Of a DNA stretch of 64,000 nucleotides, positions 1-9,745 are shown piece by piece. This stretch comes from a virus. The stretch lies in the IMG/VR virus record IMGVR_UViG_3300045988_160931, positions 46,005-110,004 of that record, one strand, 5' to 3'. Numbering within the stretch: the stretch's first letter is position 1; every line of letters starts with the position of its first letter. The notes beneath the pieces are model-generated. The model did not search any database and was not told where the DNA came from. It worked only from the letters and a program-made list of their open reading frames with translations. A program made the translations under genes and the position numbers.

Positions 1-20
1 ATAGACTACCAGAAGAATCA

Positions 21-365
21 ATGACGTTGCAGGAAAGTGCAAAATTTCAAAAGGAATACTTGTCGTTCGTACAGATCGATTCTGCATTAGATGTAGACGA
101 AAATTATTACATGGTAATTGATTTTAAGGTGTATAAAGATAAATCACGCCCTTACTTAACACTGCAAAACTTACATGACGGCACAAAAATCAAATCAAGA
201 ATAAAGAGTTCAAGGGTATTTACAGCAAAACCATTCGATGAAATGTCAATTCTTTCAATCCCGGTTTTAGAGATGGATTTCAAAAAGAAATGTATTGATG
301 GGGAATGGAAAGAAACAAAGGAGTTAGAATATATTCTGACAAATTATGAGGTCGTAAACGTATAA
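21..365 (+). CDS. hypothetical protein; the frame stays open back to position 3, so this may be the 3' end of a gene cut by the window edge
   Basis: 114-aa ORF in the track with no in-frame stop upstream. Followed by the inverted repeat AAAAACAACTTACA (369-382) / TGTAAGTTGTTTTT (434-447). Confidence 0.4.
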   Translation: MTLQESAKFQKEYLSFVQIDSALDVDENYYMVIDFKVYKDKSRPYLTLQNLHDGTKIKSRIKSSRVFTAKPFDEMSILSIPVLEMDFKKKCIDGEWKETKELEYILTNYEVVNV

Positions 366-472
366 TAAAAAAACAACTTACATTAGCTTGTTCGATTCTT
401 TTAGTTTTAATGCTAAAAATCGTATTATAATAGTGTAAGTTGTTTTTATTATTTCTGAAAGGCGGTATGCGA

Positions 473-2749
473 ATGGCACGAAAACGTGACGAGCCTGAGA
501 CACGAGTAAGTTTCTCAGGGGAAGTTATCAAAGAAATCTGGAAGTCTGATACATTCAAAGTATATGGTGTATTGGTTAATACGGCAAAATTCCCAGATAT
601 TAAGCAAAACGATTTTGGGAATGTATCAATTAGTGGCGATATTCAAGATTTGGTGATTGGTGCTACATATGATTTTGTTGGTATTGAACAGACAACAAAG
701 AATGGAATCGGATACAAACTTGAAAATGTCAAAAGAGAAACGCCAAAAGGGGATAGTATTCTTATCTTCTTGAAAGAAATATTAACAGAAAAGCAAGCCG
801 AAGAACTATATCGTGTTTATCCAAATATTATCGATATTATAAAAGAGAACAAATATGACGATCTTGATTATAAGAAATTGCATGGTATTGGTGAAACGCA
901 TCTCGAAAGAATCAAAAACAAAATCATTGAAAACTTCTGCCTTTCAGATATTATCACAATGTTCAATGGTTGTTTGAGCATTTCTGTGGTGAAAAAGTTA
1001 TACGACAAATATGCAGATGTGCTTGTCATAGAAGAGAAATTAAAAAAATCCCCCTATGATTGTTTATGCAATCTTGGCGGAATTGGATTCAAAACAGCCG
1101 ATTCGATTCTATTAAACCTTGAAGAAAAATCAAAGAAAGATGGTTTGAAATCAATTATTAAGTTTGATGATGATCTAAGAACCAGTTTACAACGGTGTAT
1201 TTCTTGTGCGATTTATCTTCTAAAGAAAAACGAGGAATCTGGGAACACTAAAATGAATTTAGTCGATCTCAGAAAACAAGTTCTTGAAACAACCCCGGAA
1301 TGTATTGATAAGTTCCCAACTGCAATTCAAGATAAAAGAATTTGGTATGATAAAAAGACGTTGGATATTGCACTTGATTCTACATACAAAAAAGAATTGA
1401 AAATATCTGATTTTATACATACGATGGTTCAATCTGATTCTTCATGGGGAATTGATAAAAATAACTTTGACATTGAATGCTATCGCAAATCCGGAGATAT
1501 TGAATTGACAGATGAGCAATTAAGCTTGCTGCATAATATCATCAAATATAACATTTGCACACTAGTCGGCAATGCTGGTTCCGGGAAAACAAGTGCTGTC
1601 CAATCTGTTATCAAGATGCTACAGGATAATCACAAGCTGTTCCGACTATTAACTCCAACAGGAAAGGCTAGTAGAGTGTTATCGAAATATACAAAATGTG
1701 CAGCGTCCACAATTCATAGAGGGCTACTCTATAATCCGTCAGACGGGTGGGGATATAATGAAAATTGTAAACTGCCATATGACATCATAATTGTAGATGA
1801 GTTTTCTATGGTAGATATTTCACTATTTTGTAGATTGATTGACGCTATTGATTGCAGCAAGACAAAAATTCTTCTGATCGGGGACGATGCTCAGTTACCT
1901 TCTGTTGGATGTGGTAATATCTTGCATGATATTCTTAGTTCAAATTTAGTTCCAACAGTAAAATTGACAAAAATCTTTCGATATACTTCTGGTGGTTTAA
2001 TGAAAGTTGCTACTGACATAAGAAATTGTTCTCCTTATCTTGATAATAAGAACAAGGGCAAACTTATTCCGTTTGGTGAAGATAAGGATTATGTTTTTAT
2101 TTCATCGAACGAAGATGATATTATTTCAGATACAATTTCATTATACAGAAAACTACTGCAATCATATAATGTCGAAGATATTCAAATCTTAACGGCAAAA
2201 AATGTAGGTAAATATGGAACAGAAAAATTGAATTTTGCCGTACAAAAGGTAGCAAATAAGAATTATGGTTCGTCAAATAACATGATAGTAGGAAATACGA
2301 CTTATTATATAGGAGACTTGATTATCCAGAAAGCAAATAATTATAAAGCGAAGATTTATGACGAGATCGATTCTGATAATGATTCAGGGAAATCCGAAAC
2401 AGCTTTTGTTGCGAATGGGGAGCATGGAATCATCAAAAAGATTGATCGTAATTACGTTGTGATTGATTTCGATGGAGTTATGATAGCATATAAAAAAAGC
2501 GAATTAAATTGTATTGGCTTAGGGTATGTAATCACAACACATCGTTCACAGGGTAGTCAAGCTAATATTGTTATTGTTGTAACTCCTAAAGCAGATTCTT
2601 TTGTATTAAACTCTAATTTATTGTATGTAGGCGTGACGAGAGCAAAGAAAACGTGTTATCATGTTGGGAATGCTTATGCTATCAATCGTGCTATTCAAAA
2701 GAAAGAAGATTGGAGTAGAAACACTTTTCTTTATAAGTTTTTAAGCTAA
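473..2749 (+). CDS. RecD-like SF1 DNA helicase
   Basis: Walker A GNAGSGKTS, Walker B IIVDEFSM, TTHRSQGSQ and LLYVGVTRAKK C-terminal motifs. The track ORF opens at 440. ATG 473 has the best spacing to the GAAAGGCGG SD; ATG 467 is also possible. Confidence 0.8.
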   Translation: MARKRDEPETRVSFSGEVIKEIWKSDTFKVYGVLVNTAKFPDIKQNDFGNVSISGDIQDLVIGATYDFVGIEQTTKNGIGYKLENVKRETPKGDSILIFLKEILTEKQAEELYRVYPNIIDIIKENKYDDLDYKKLHGIGETHLERIKNKIIENFCLSDIITMFNGCLSISVVKKLYDKYADVLVIEEKLKKSPYDCLCNLGGIGFKTADSILLNLEEKSKKDGLKSIIKFDDDLRTSLQRCISCAIYLLKKNEESGNTKMNLVDLRKQVLETTPECIDKFPTAIQDKRIWYDKKTLDIALDSTYKKELKISDFIHTMVQSDSSWGIDKNNFDIECYRKSGDIELTDEQLSLLHNIIKYNICTLVGNAGSGKTSAVQSVIKMLQDNHKLFRLLTPTGKASRVLSKYTKCAASTIHRGLLYNPSDGWGYNENCKLPYDIIIVDEFSMVDISLFCRLIDAIDCSKTKILLIGDDAQLPSVGCGNILHDILSSNLVPTVKLTKIFRYTSGGLMKVATDIRNCSPYLDNKNKGKLIPFGEDKDYVFISSNEDDIISDTISLYRKLLQSYNVEDIQILTAKNVGKYGTEKLNFAVQKVANKNYGSSNNMIVGNTTYYIGDLIIQKANNYKAKIYDEIDSDNDSGKSETAFVANGEHGIIKKIDRNYVVIDFDGVMIAYKKSELNCIGLGYVITTHRSQGSQANIVIVVTPKADSFVLNSNLLYVGVTRAKKTCYHVGNAYAINRAIQKKEDWSRNTFLYKFLS

Positions 2750-2896
2750 TAAATCTTAATAAAATAAACAATATAAAGAAAATAAATAATAAATCAAAGC
2801 GATAGAGTATATAAAATTACTCTTTTATATAGATTTTTTACATCATCGTATTCTTCTTGAAGCAATACGTTTGCATAAAAACAAATTTGTAAGCAG

Positions 2897-5035
2897 GTGA
2901 TTATTATTCAAATAAGGAAGAAAAACGGTAGAATTGATAATTTTGATTCTAATAAAATCCGGAATGCTATTATTTCTGCATGGATTCAAATTGGAATGCC
3001 AGATTTTAATAAAATCGATGAGATTGTTTCTACTGTACAAGAAGAAATAAAGGATAAAGAAAATGAAAACGATTACACATCGGTTGGAGAAGTAGAGAAT
3101 ATTGTTATGTCTGTTCTTTTCAAAGAAGTCCCAGACGTGGCAAGAGAGTATTCTAGTTACAAAATGGATAGAGAAAGAGCGAAAAAGAACCCTACAGAAA
3201 TTGAAAAGGTTCTTTATGTAAACGATGAAGTTGGTTCTGAGAACGCAAACAAAAATGTTGAATTGACGCATATTAAAAACGCTTACCTTGCTGAAATTCC
3301 TAGTAAAGAAATGATGCGAAAACTTCTCCCGAAAGATTGTGTGGAAGCACATGATAAATCAATTGTGTATTTCCACGATGCAGCTTATAGTGTAAGAAGT
3401 ATGGAGAATTGCAGATTGCTAAATCTTGATGAACTTCTTCAAAATGGTTGTGAAATAAATGGTGTTTGGATTGACAAGCCAAAGTCATTTAGAACCGCTG
3501 TTACGATTGCAACACAGGCTCTCACGCATATAACTTCTAATAGTTATGGTGGTTGTACAATCAATTTACTTCATCTAGCAAAATTTGTAGATGTGAGTAG
3601 ACAAAAAATCAAAAAGAAATACGATAATTACAATATTGATGATGAAACAAAAGCTAAACTTGTATCAGATGACTTGAACGAAGAAATTAAGCAAGGAATG
3701 CAGACATTTACCTATCAAAACCAGACACTTTGTTCTTCAGTAGGGCAGGCTGTATTTTTGACTGTATCTGTATATCTAAATGAAGAGCCTAAATATACAA
3801 ATGATCTGATTTTGATTTTTACAGAGATGCTACGACAAAGAATCCAGGGGATAAAGGATAAGAGTGGTGCCTATGTCAATCCTAATTTCCCTAAGATTCT
3901 TTATTTTCTTGACAAAGATACAATGCGTGGCGGTAAGTATTATGATGTAACAAAACTTTGTGCAGAATGTTCGGCTAAGAGATTAGTCCCAGATTATATG
4001 AGTGTAAAGAAACATATGGAACTAAAAGGCATTTGCACAGCAAGCATGGGTTGCCGAGCATTATTATCTCCATGGCGTAATCCGAAAACAGGAAAACTTC
4101 AAGTCTGGGGTAGGGCAAATATGGGAGTACAATCATTAAATCTCCCTTACATTGCAATGGAGAACAACGAAAATCATTCTGAAGAAATCCTTTTTGAGAA
4201 TTTAGACAAATATCTTGACATCGCATATCGAGATATGTTGTGGAGAATAAATCATGTGGCAAAGATTAAAGCGAAATCTTGTCCTTTAATGTGGGTATAT
4301 GGTGGAGTTTCACGTCTTAATCCAGAAGATAATCTTGAAAGTCTTGTGTATGGTGGTTACTATACGATTAGTCTCGGCTATAGTGGACTTTATGAATGTA
4401 TAAAATATATCACTGGTGAAAACCATTGGGAAGGTAACGGCAAAATCCTTGCTCATAAACTACTTGATTACATCAATTCAAAAAATGATGAATTCGGAGA
4501 GAAGATAAATGTAAGTATTGCACTTTATGGAACGCCATCAGAAGTACTTACAACAAAGTTTGCAGATGCTTGCCTAAGAGATTTCGGACAAGTTGGCGAT
4601 GGCACTCAAAGGCATTATCTCACAAATTCATATCACGTCCCTGTATTTGAAAACATGGATGCCTTTACAAAACTAACAGAAGAAGCACAATTTAGTGACA
4701 AAACTACTGGCGGCAGCATTAGCTATGTAGAAGTTCCAAATCTAAGTAATAATCTTGATGCAGTACTAGAAGTAATAGAGCATATTGGGAATACTTGCTT
4801 ATATGCTGAATTGAATAGTGAAGTATCTCAATGTGAGAACCCAGATTGTATGTTCTCTGGATATGATTTCAAGAAAATTCAAGATGGTGGCACTCTGAAA
4901 TGGCAATGCCCTAAATGTGGCGAAACAGAAAGAGTAAGGACAAGCTATCGTGTATGCGGATATATCAGTAATCTAAATCAGCTCACTGTTGGTAGGGCAT
5001 CTGATATTCATGATAGAAAGAAACATTTGAATTGA
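2897..5035 (+). CDS. nrdD: anaerobic ribonucleoside-triphosphate reductase (class III)
   Basis: N-terminal ATP-cone-like segment (IQIRKKNGRIDNFDSNKIRNAI). C-terminal Cys4 cluster (CENPDC...CPKC) followed by the glycyl-radical motif RVCGYI. GTG start. Confidence 0.9.
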   Translation: MIIIQIRKKNGRIDNFDSNKIRNAIISAWIQIGMPDFNKIDEIVSTVQEEIKDKENENDYTSVGEVENIVMSVLFKEVPDVAREYSSYKMDRERAKKNPTEIEKVLYVNDEVGSENANKNVELTHIKNAYLAEIPSKEMMRKLLPKDCVEAHDKSIVYFHDAAYSVRSMENCRLLNLDELLQNGCEINGVWIDKPKSFRTAVTIATQALTHITSNSYGGCTINLLHLAKFVDVSRQKIKKKYDNYNIDDETKAKLVSDDLNEEIKQGMQTFTYQNQTLCSSVGQAVFLTVSVYLNEEPKYTNDLILIFTEMLRQRIQGIKDKSGAYVNPNFPKILYFLDKDTMRGGKYYDVTKLCAECSAKRLVPDYMSVKKHMELKGICTASMGCRALLSPWRNPKTGKLQVWGRANMGVQSLNLPYIAMENNENHSEEILFENLDKYLDIAYRDMLWRINHVAKIKAKSCPLMWVYGGVSRLNPEDNLESLVYGGYYTISLGYSGLYECIKYITGENHWEGNGKILAHKLLDYINSKNDEFGEKINVSIALYGTPSEVLTTKFADACLRDFGQVGDGTQRHYLTNSYHVPVFENMDAFTKLTEEAQFSDKTTGGSISYVEVPNLSNNLDAVLEVIEHIGNTCLYAELNSEVSQCENPDCMFSGYDFKKIQDGGTLKWQCPKCGETERVRTSYRVCGYISNLNQLTVGRASDIHDRKKHLN

Positions 5036-5051
5036 TAGAAGGTGAGTATAG

Positions 5052-5561
5052 ATAAATTACGCTGATATTATTTATTATGACACGGGAAACGCAGATGGTA
5101 TTTCTACAGTCCTGTTTGTTTCCGGTTGCGAAGCCAAGTGTAAAGGATGCCATAATCCGCAAACATGGGATTTTAATTATGGCAGAAAATTTACAGAGAA
5201 TACAACATCGGACATCATTGAATCTCTGAAGAATCCTCATATAAAGAACTTTGTTATTAGTGGCGGGGAACCATTACATAATAGAAACGCATTCTGTGTG
5301 TCTGAACTTTGTAAATTGATAAAGCGTGAAACTAATAAAACAATCATTGTATATACAGGTATGACTTTACAGGAACTGAAAGTCCAATATCCTTATCTTT
5401 CTTGTCTTTCTTATGTCGATTATTTAATTGACGGCAGATTCGAGAAAGAAAATGTTACAGAGAAACTTGAAAAAAGAGGCAGTAAAAATCAAAAATGCTA
5501 TAAAATTAAACATTATGGTGTGACGAATGTAGCCGTAGATGTTACTGACTCATATTTTTAA
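5052..5561 (+). CDS. nrdG: anaerobic RNR activating protein (radical SAM); no canonical start, putative ATA start
   Basis: Hand translation from 5052 gives INYADIIYYDTGNADGISTVLFVSGCEAKCKGCHNPQTW..., containing the CxxxCxxC radical-SAM cluster. In-frame TAG at 5049-5051. The first ATG/GTG/TTG in frame is the GTG at 5298 used by the track, inside the domain. SD-like GAAGGTGAG at 5038-5046. Confidence 0.75.
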   Translation: MNYADIIYYDTGNADGISTVLFVSGCEAKCKGCHNPQTWDFNYGRKFTENTTSDIIESLKNPHIKNFVISGGEPLHNRNAFCVSELCKLIKRETNKTIIVYTGMTLQELKVQYPYLSCLSYVDYLIDGRFEKENVTEKLEKRGSKNQKCYKIKHYGVTNVAVDVTDSYF

Positions 5562-5572
5562 TCGGAGGTTTT

Positions 5573-6214
5573 ATGAGCAAAAAGAAAGAAAAATATGCGA
5601 TTGGTAAATCGGATTTATATATACCATATGACAATAGTGTAAGTGCTTGCTTTCGCAATTGTTTGGCAAGCAACACATATTTTGAAAAGGTTTCAGAATA
5701 TCAATTCAAAAAGGATTTGGCGAATAATATCCCGATTAGTTGGGATGTTAATGGTTATAATGTAACGAATGTAGATATCGAGAAATTCTACAATAATATC
5801 AAAATCCCAGACAGAGCAACTATTGGTTCGGCTGGGTATGATTTCTTTGCTCCATTTGACTTTACACTATATAAAGATCAGTCAATTGTAATCCCGACAG
5901 GGATTCGATGGGTTTCAAAAGACCCAATCTTCTTTCTTAGCCTTTATCCCAGAAGTGGGTTTGGCTTTAAGTTTGGTTTATCTCTTGCAAATACTGTTGG
6001 GATTATTGACAGCGATTATCATGAATCTGCAAATGAAGGGCATATCATGGTTAAATTGTCTAATGATGGTATCCATAGCAAAGATATTTCATTTAAGACC
6101 GGGGATGCTTTTTGCCAGGGTATTATTTTACCGTTTATGGTAACGGGCAACGAGAACTTTAATGCAAAGAAAAAAAGAAACGGTGGATTTGGCTCAACAG
6201 ATAAGAAGGACTAA
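5573..6214 (+). CDS. dut: dUTPase with an N-terminal extension of about 80 aa
   Basis: dUTPase motifs GSAGYDF, GIIDSDY and RNGGFGST. Confidence 0.85.
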   Translation: MSKKKEKYAIGKSDLYIPYDNSVSACFRNCLASNTYFEKVSEYQFKKDLANNIPISWDVNGYNVTNVDIEKFYNNIKIPDRATIGSAGYDFFAPFDFTLYKDQSIVIPTGIRWVSKDPIFFLSLYPRSGFGFKFGLSLANTVGIIDSDYHESANEGHIMVKLSNDGIHSKDISFKTGDAFCQGIILPFMVTGNENFNAKKKRNGGFGSTDKKD

Positions 6215-6216
6215 TT

Positions 6217-6444
6217 ATGTTAAAATACAAAAATGAATGTGTTGGATGCGATTTACCATGTGTTGATTGCGGTAGAAAACGTATTGCTCATATGTACTGT
6301 GATTCTTGTGGTGAAGAAGCCGATGAATTATATCACATGATTGATTCTGCTTATGACAGTCAATACATTTGTAAAAGTTGCAGAGATTCTTTGTTTGAGA
6401 TATTTACGTTAGATGATTATCCATCTAGCTGTTATGAAGATTAG
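6217..6444 (+). CDS. small Cys-rich (zinc-ribbon-like) protein
   Basis: 75 aa with CVGCDLPCVDCG, CDSCG and CKSC pairs. Tightly packed between dut and thyX. Confidence 0.5.
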   Translation: MLKYKNECVGCDLPCVDCGRKRIAHMYCDSCGEEADELYHMIDSAYDSQYICKSCRDSLFEIFTLDDYPSSCYED

Positions 6445-6451
6445 GTAAGGA

Positions 6452-7213
6452 GTGATATTATTGAGCAATATAGATAATAGAGTAAGACCAAAGGTAAAAC
6501 TCATAAGTCATACTCCACATCCAATTGATTTAATTGCAAAATGTGCAGCAGTCTGCTATGATAGCGAACCCAAAACGTCAACAGTAATTCATTGTGTAAA
6601 ATCAGGGCATACATCTATTTTAGAACACGCCAATTTTACTTTCCAAATTGAGAATGTATCACGTTCTCTTTTAGCACAACTCACACGCCATAGAGTTGGC
6701 GTAGCATTTAGTGTAATATCTCAAAGATATGTCTCTATGGAGAATACCCCATTTGTTACTCCCAGAGCAATAAAAAGTACAACTACTACAGTTAATGCGA
6801 TAAGTATTATTCAAAATACGTTTGATAATATCAGAAATGATTATTTGGAATTGCGAGATATCGGAGTATCAAAAGAAGATGCACGTTGTATTCTCCCCAA
6901 TGCTTGCTCTTGCAAGATTATAATGACAATTAATCTAAGGGCATTGTGTCATTTGTGTAATGAGAGATTATGTTCAAAAGCACAGCTTGAAATTAGAGAA
7001 ATGGTTCAAAATATGAAAGGCTGTATTTTGAACCTTGAAGATATTCCAAATGATTTCAAGCAATTTATGAAAAATAAGATGCTTGTGCCAAAATGCTGCA
7101 CTTATGCTGTAGAACATTGCCCAGAATCAAAGGGGTGTGGTTTAAGATTATCTGCAAATGAAATAAACCAGTATATTAAAGAAAGGAATGAGCCAATTGA
7201 ATTTGATTCATAA
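6452..7213 (+). CDS. thyX: flavin-dependent thymidylate synthase
   Basis: ThyX signature RHRxxSxxxxSxR, present as LTRHRVGVAFSVISQRY. Confidence 0.9.
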   Translation: MILLSNIDNRVRPKVKLISHTPHPIDLIAKCAAVCYDSEPKTSTVIHCVKSGHTSILEHANFTFQIENVSRSLLAQLTRHRVGVAFSVISQRYVSMENTPFVTPRAIKSTTTTVNAISIIQNTFDNIRNDYLELRDIGVSKEDARCILPNACSCKIIMTINLRALCHLCNERLCSKAQLEIREMVQNMKGCILNLEDIPNDFKQFMKNKMLVPKCCTYAVEHCPESKGCGLRLSANEINQYIKERNEPIEFDS

Positions 7214-8099
7214 AAAATATAAGGATATTCATAGATTAAAGACAACATATGCGAATGATTTTTCTATTGGGAATCATATCATCATTCAAGAAAAAATTGA
7301 TGGCGCTAATGCCTGCATTCGATATGACTTAGAAAACGATCAAATTATTGCTCAAAGCAGAAAGTGTATTCTTTCAGATGGGAATACACTTCGTGGGTTT
7401 TATACTTGGGCAAAATCCTTAAATACAAAACAATTCTCAATTTTAGGCAATCGATTTCTTGTTTTTGGAGAGTGGCTTGTTCCTCACTCTATAAAATATC
7501 CAAACGAAGATTATAACAAGTTTTATGTTTTTGATGTATACGATGCTGAAAAAGAGGAGTACTTACCACAAACAAACGCTCATGATTTTGCAAATGCTCT
7601 TAATTTGCTTTATGTCCCGACATTCTATGATGGTAAGTTTACTTCGTGGGATGATATTTTAGAATATGTAGGGCAAACCGAAATGGGCGGCGAATACGGT
7701 GAAGGTATTGTGGTAAAGAACCAAACAACATTAAATAGCCCTAAGCTTGAATTTTATGTAAAGATTGTCGGAGAAAAATTCCAAGAAACAAAAGGTAGTA
7801 ATGCAAAAGCGGTAGATAAAGAAAAACTACATTCTTTAGAAGTAGACATGAACCTAGCACAAACAATTGTTACTACAGCAAGAGTAACTAAAATTCTTAA
7901 TAAGCTTGTAGATGAATCTGTTCTTCCAGAAGATTGGGGGCTTGAATCTATGGGTATTGTAGCTAAAAATTTATGCAAGAGAATTGTAGAGGATTGCATT
8001 AAAGAAGAACCAGAAACAGTATCAAAAATCAATAACTTTGGGAAGATTGCAAATAAAATTGCTATGCAATATGCAAAAGAAATGGCAATGGCAAGATAA
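7188..8099 (+). CDS. ATP-dependent RNA ligase-like nucleotidyltransferase (Rnl2-like)
   Basis: Motif I EKIDGAN, motif III FLVFGEWLV, IIIa FYVFDVY, IV EGIVVKN, V YVKIVGEKF. 303 aa. Confidence 0.6.
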   Translation: MSQLNLIHKKYKDIHRLKTTYANDFSIGNHIIIQEKIDGANACIRYDLENDQIIAQSRKCILSDGNTLRGFYTWAKSLNTKQFSILGNRFLVFGEWLVPHSIKYPNEDYNKFYVFDVYDAEKEEYLPQTNAHDFANALNLLYVPTFYDGKFTSWDDILEYVGQTEMGGEYGEGIVVKNQTTLNSPKLEFYVKIVGEKFQETKGSNAKAVDKEKLHSLEVDMNLAQTIVTTARVTKILNKLVDESVLPEDWGLESMGIVAKNLCKRIVEDCIKEEPETVSKINNFGKIANKIAMQYAKEMAMAR

Positions 8100-8134
8100 T
8101 ATAAAGCAGTTTTGAATCAATGAATTTTGAATTC

Positions 8135-8180
8135 GAAAGAGATGTTGGTTAATCCAGCATCTCTTTCTTTGTTTTTTTTT
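8135..8180 (+). terminator. rho-independent terminator ending the rightward metabolic operon
   Basis: Stem GAAAGAGATG... (8135-8148) pairs with ...CATCTCTTTC (8154-8167), followed by TTTGTTTTTTTTT. Confidence 0.7.
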
Positions 8181-8333
8181 CTCAATTTCAATCCTCAATG
8201 CCAAATCGATCTTATATAATAAAATATAGATTTAACAAGAAATCCTTGTTAGGACTAGATTATTTTCTGTAGTTTGATGTATAATAGCTATACTTGTGAC
8301 TTTTGAAGATTATAAATTGAAAGGACGTTTTAT

Positions 8334-9524
8334 ATGAGAAAAGTAGGCAGACCTCCAAAAAAGAAACCGAATAGAAAAGATGGAAGATACGAAGTTAAAG
8401 TAAAAGTCGGAGAAAGCTTTGATGGAACAAAAATAATGAAAAGCTTTTACAGTAGTAAAAGTAAAGAAGATGCCAGAATGAAAGCAGAAGATTATATCAA
8501 TGGGATAAACTCTCATTTTGATACAAGCCCTATTTATTCAGAGAAATCTTCTATCAGTTCTTTTGACGTATGGAGCCTCACTGTATTAGATATGCTAAAA
8601 GGGACAATAAAAGATAATTCCTGGGCTTTACATTATAAAAACACCATCGAAAATCATCTAATCCCTTACTTTAAGTCTAAGAAAGTATACGACATAAAAC
8701 AAATTGATATCCAAATTTTCTTCAACAAGCTGAAGTCAAAGTATTCCTTAGAAACTCTCAAAAAATTCAAAATGGTTCTTAACAAAATTTTTGAATTAGC
8801 AATCCAAAATGATATTATCATAAAGAACCCATGTGCTAATATAAAAGTAATAAGCAGCAAGAAACAAATAGAGAAACAAACGTATACAGAAGAACAATGC
8901 GGTCTGGTTTTACAATATGCGTTAACTCACAGATATGGTTTAGATGTCATCTTAATGTTGTTATATGGGGTTACAAGATCAGAATTGCTTGGATTGCAAT
9001 GGGATGATTTTGATAAAAATGAAAAAACACTTCACATTCAACATGGGGTAACAGACACGCCTAATGCTGAGACAGGAAAAACAGAAGTTATTGTTGGTGA
9101 TACAAAAAACCAATTTCGGAATAGAATCATCCCTATTAGTGCAGACGTAGTTGACCTATTAAAAAATAGGAAGAAACAAGCTAAAGTAAAATCAGAATAT
9201 ATTTTCTGCAATAATAAAGGCAATGTACAAAGTCCTAGAACATGGAGTAGACGGCACTATGATGTATTTATGCGTGATATGCACAATTATTATGCAGAGC
9301 AAGGAATTGAAATCCCAAAATTGCATCCGCATGAACTCCGACACACAAGAGCAACGCTGTGGGTAAATAAGGGATTAAATTTGTATGCAATTGCAAATGT
9401 TTTAGGACATTCAGACTTGAAAATGTTAAGAAAAAGATATGCACATGAAAATGTAGAAAGCACAAGAGAAATGCTCAATATAAATGTTCATATAAATGTG
9501 AACAAAGGGAAAGACGAATTCTGA
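8334..9524 (+). CDS. int: tyrosine integrase
   Basis: Basic arm-type N-terminus. Catalytic-region motifs TRSELLGL, HELRHTRATLW and LGHSDLKMLRKRYAH. Confidence 0.85.
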   Translation: MRKVGRPPKKKPNRKDGRYEVKVKVGESFDGTKIMKSFYSSKSKEDARMKAEDYINGINSHFDTSPIYSEKSSISSFDVWSLTVLDMLKGTIKDNSWALHYKNTIENHLIPYFKSKKVYDIKQIDIQIFFNKLKSKYSLETLKKFKMVLNKIFELAIQNDIIIKNPCANIKVISSKKQIEKQTYTEEQCGLVLQYALTHRYGLDVILMLLYGVTRSELLGLQWDDFDKNEKTLHIQHGVTDTPNAETGKTEVIVGDTKNQFRNRIIPISADVVDLLKNRKKQAKVKSEYIFCNNKGNVQSPRTWSRRHYDVFMRDMHNYYAEQGIEIPKLHPHELRHTRATLWVNKGLNLYAIANVLGHSDLKMLRKRYAHENVESTREMLNINVHINVNKGKDEF

Positions 9525-9664
9525 CGAATTTCTACCCTAAAAAATCGTCTAATTTTAATTTATTTAGAGGATTTCAAATTTTGAAAAACAACGAAAATAC
9601 GTGATTTATTAGACTGTGCCAATGCTTTTTGGGTATAGGACACTGATTTGGGGTGGTAGAGGCC

Positions 9665-9692
9665 GCCCGTTCAAGTCGGGTCACTCAGACCA
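9665..9692 (+). other. tRNA 3'-end-like fragment (T-arm, 3' acceptor strand, CCA); candidate attP core
   Basis: GCCCG-TTCAAGT-CGGGT T-arm, then CACTCAG, A, CCA. No matching 5' acceptor strand (CTGAGTG) or D/anticodon arms upstream. Lies 140 nt downstream of int. Confidence 0.5.
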
Positions 9693-9698
9693 GAAAAT

Positions 9699-9745
9699 AA
9701 CACGCAGTTTCGGGAAGATTTCCGGGACTGCGTGTTTTGTTTTGT
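9699..9745 (+). terminator. rho-independent terminator directly after the tRNA-like fragment
   Basis: AACACGCAGT (9699-9708) pairs with ACTGCGTGTT (9727-9736), with an inner CGGGAA/TTTCCG stem. Followed by TTGTTTTG. Confidence 0.65.

Noticed and set aside
2750-2896. NrdR box or riboswitch upstream of nrdD
   Set aside because: Only a 6-bp hairpin (AGAGTA/TACTCT) and AT-rich sequence are visible. I could not recognise an NrdR-box palindrome or any riboswitch core.
9627-9692. A complete tRNA or tmRNA gene next to the integrase
   Set aside because: Only the T-arm and 3' acceptor strand can be folded. The required 5' acceptor strand CTGAGTG and the D and anticodon arms are absent, so it is treated as an att fragment.
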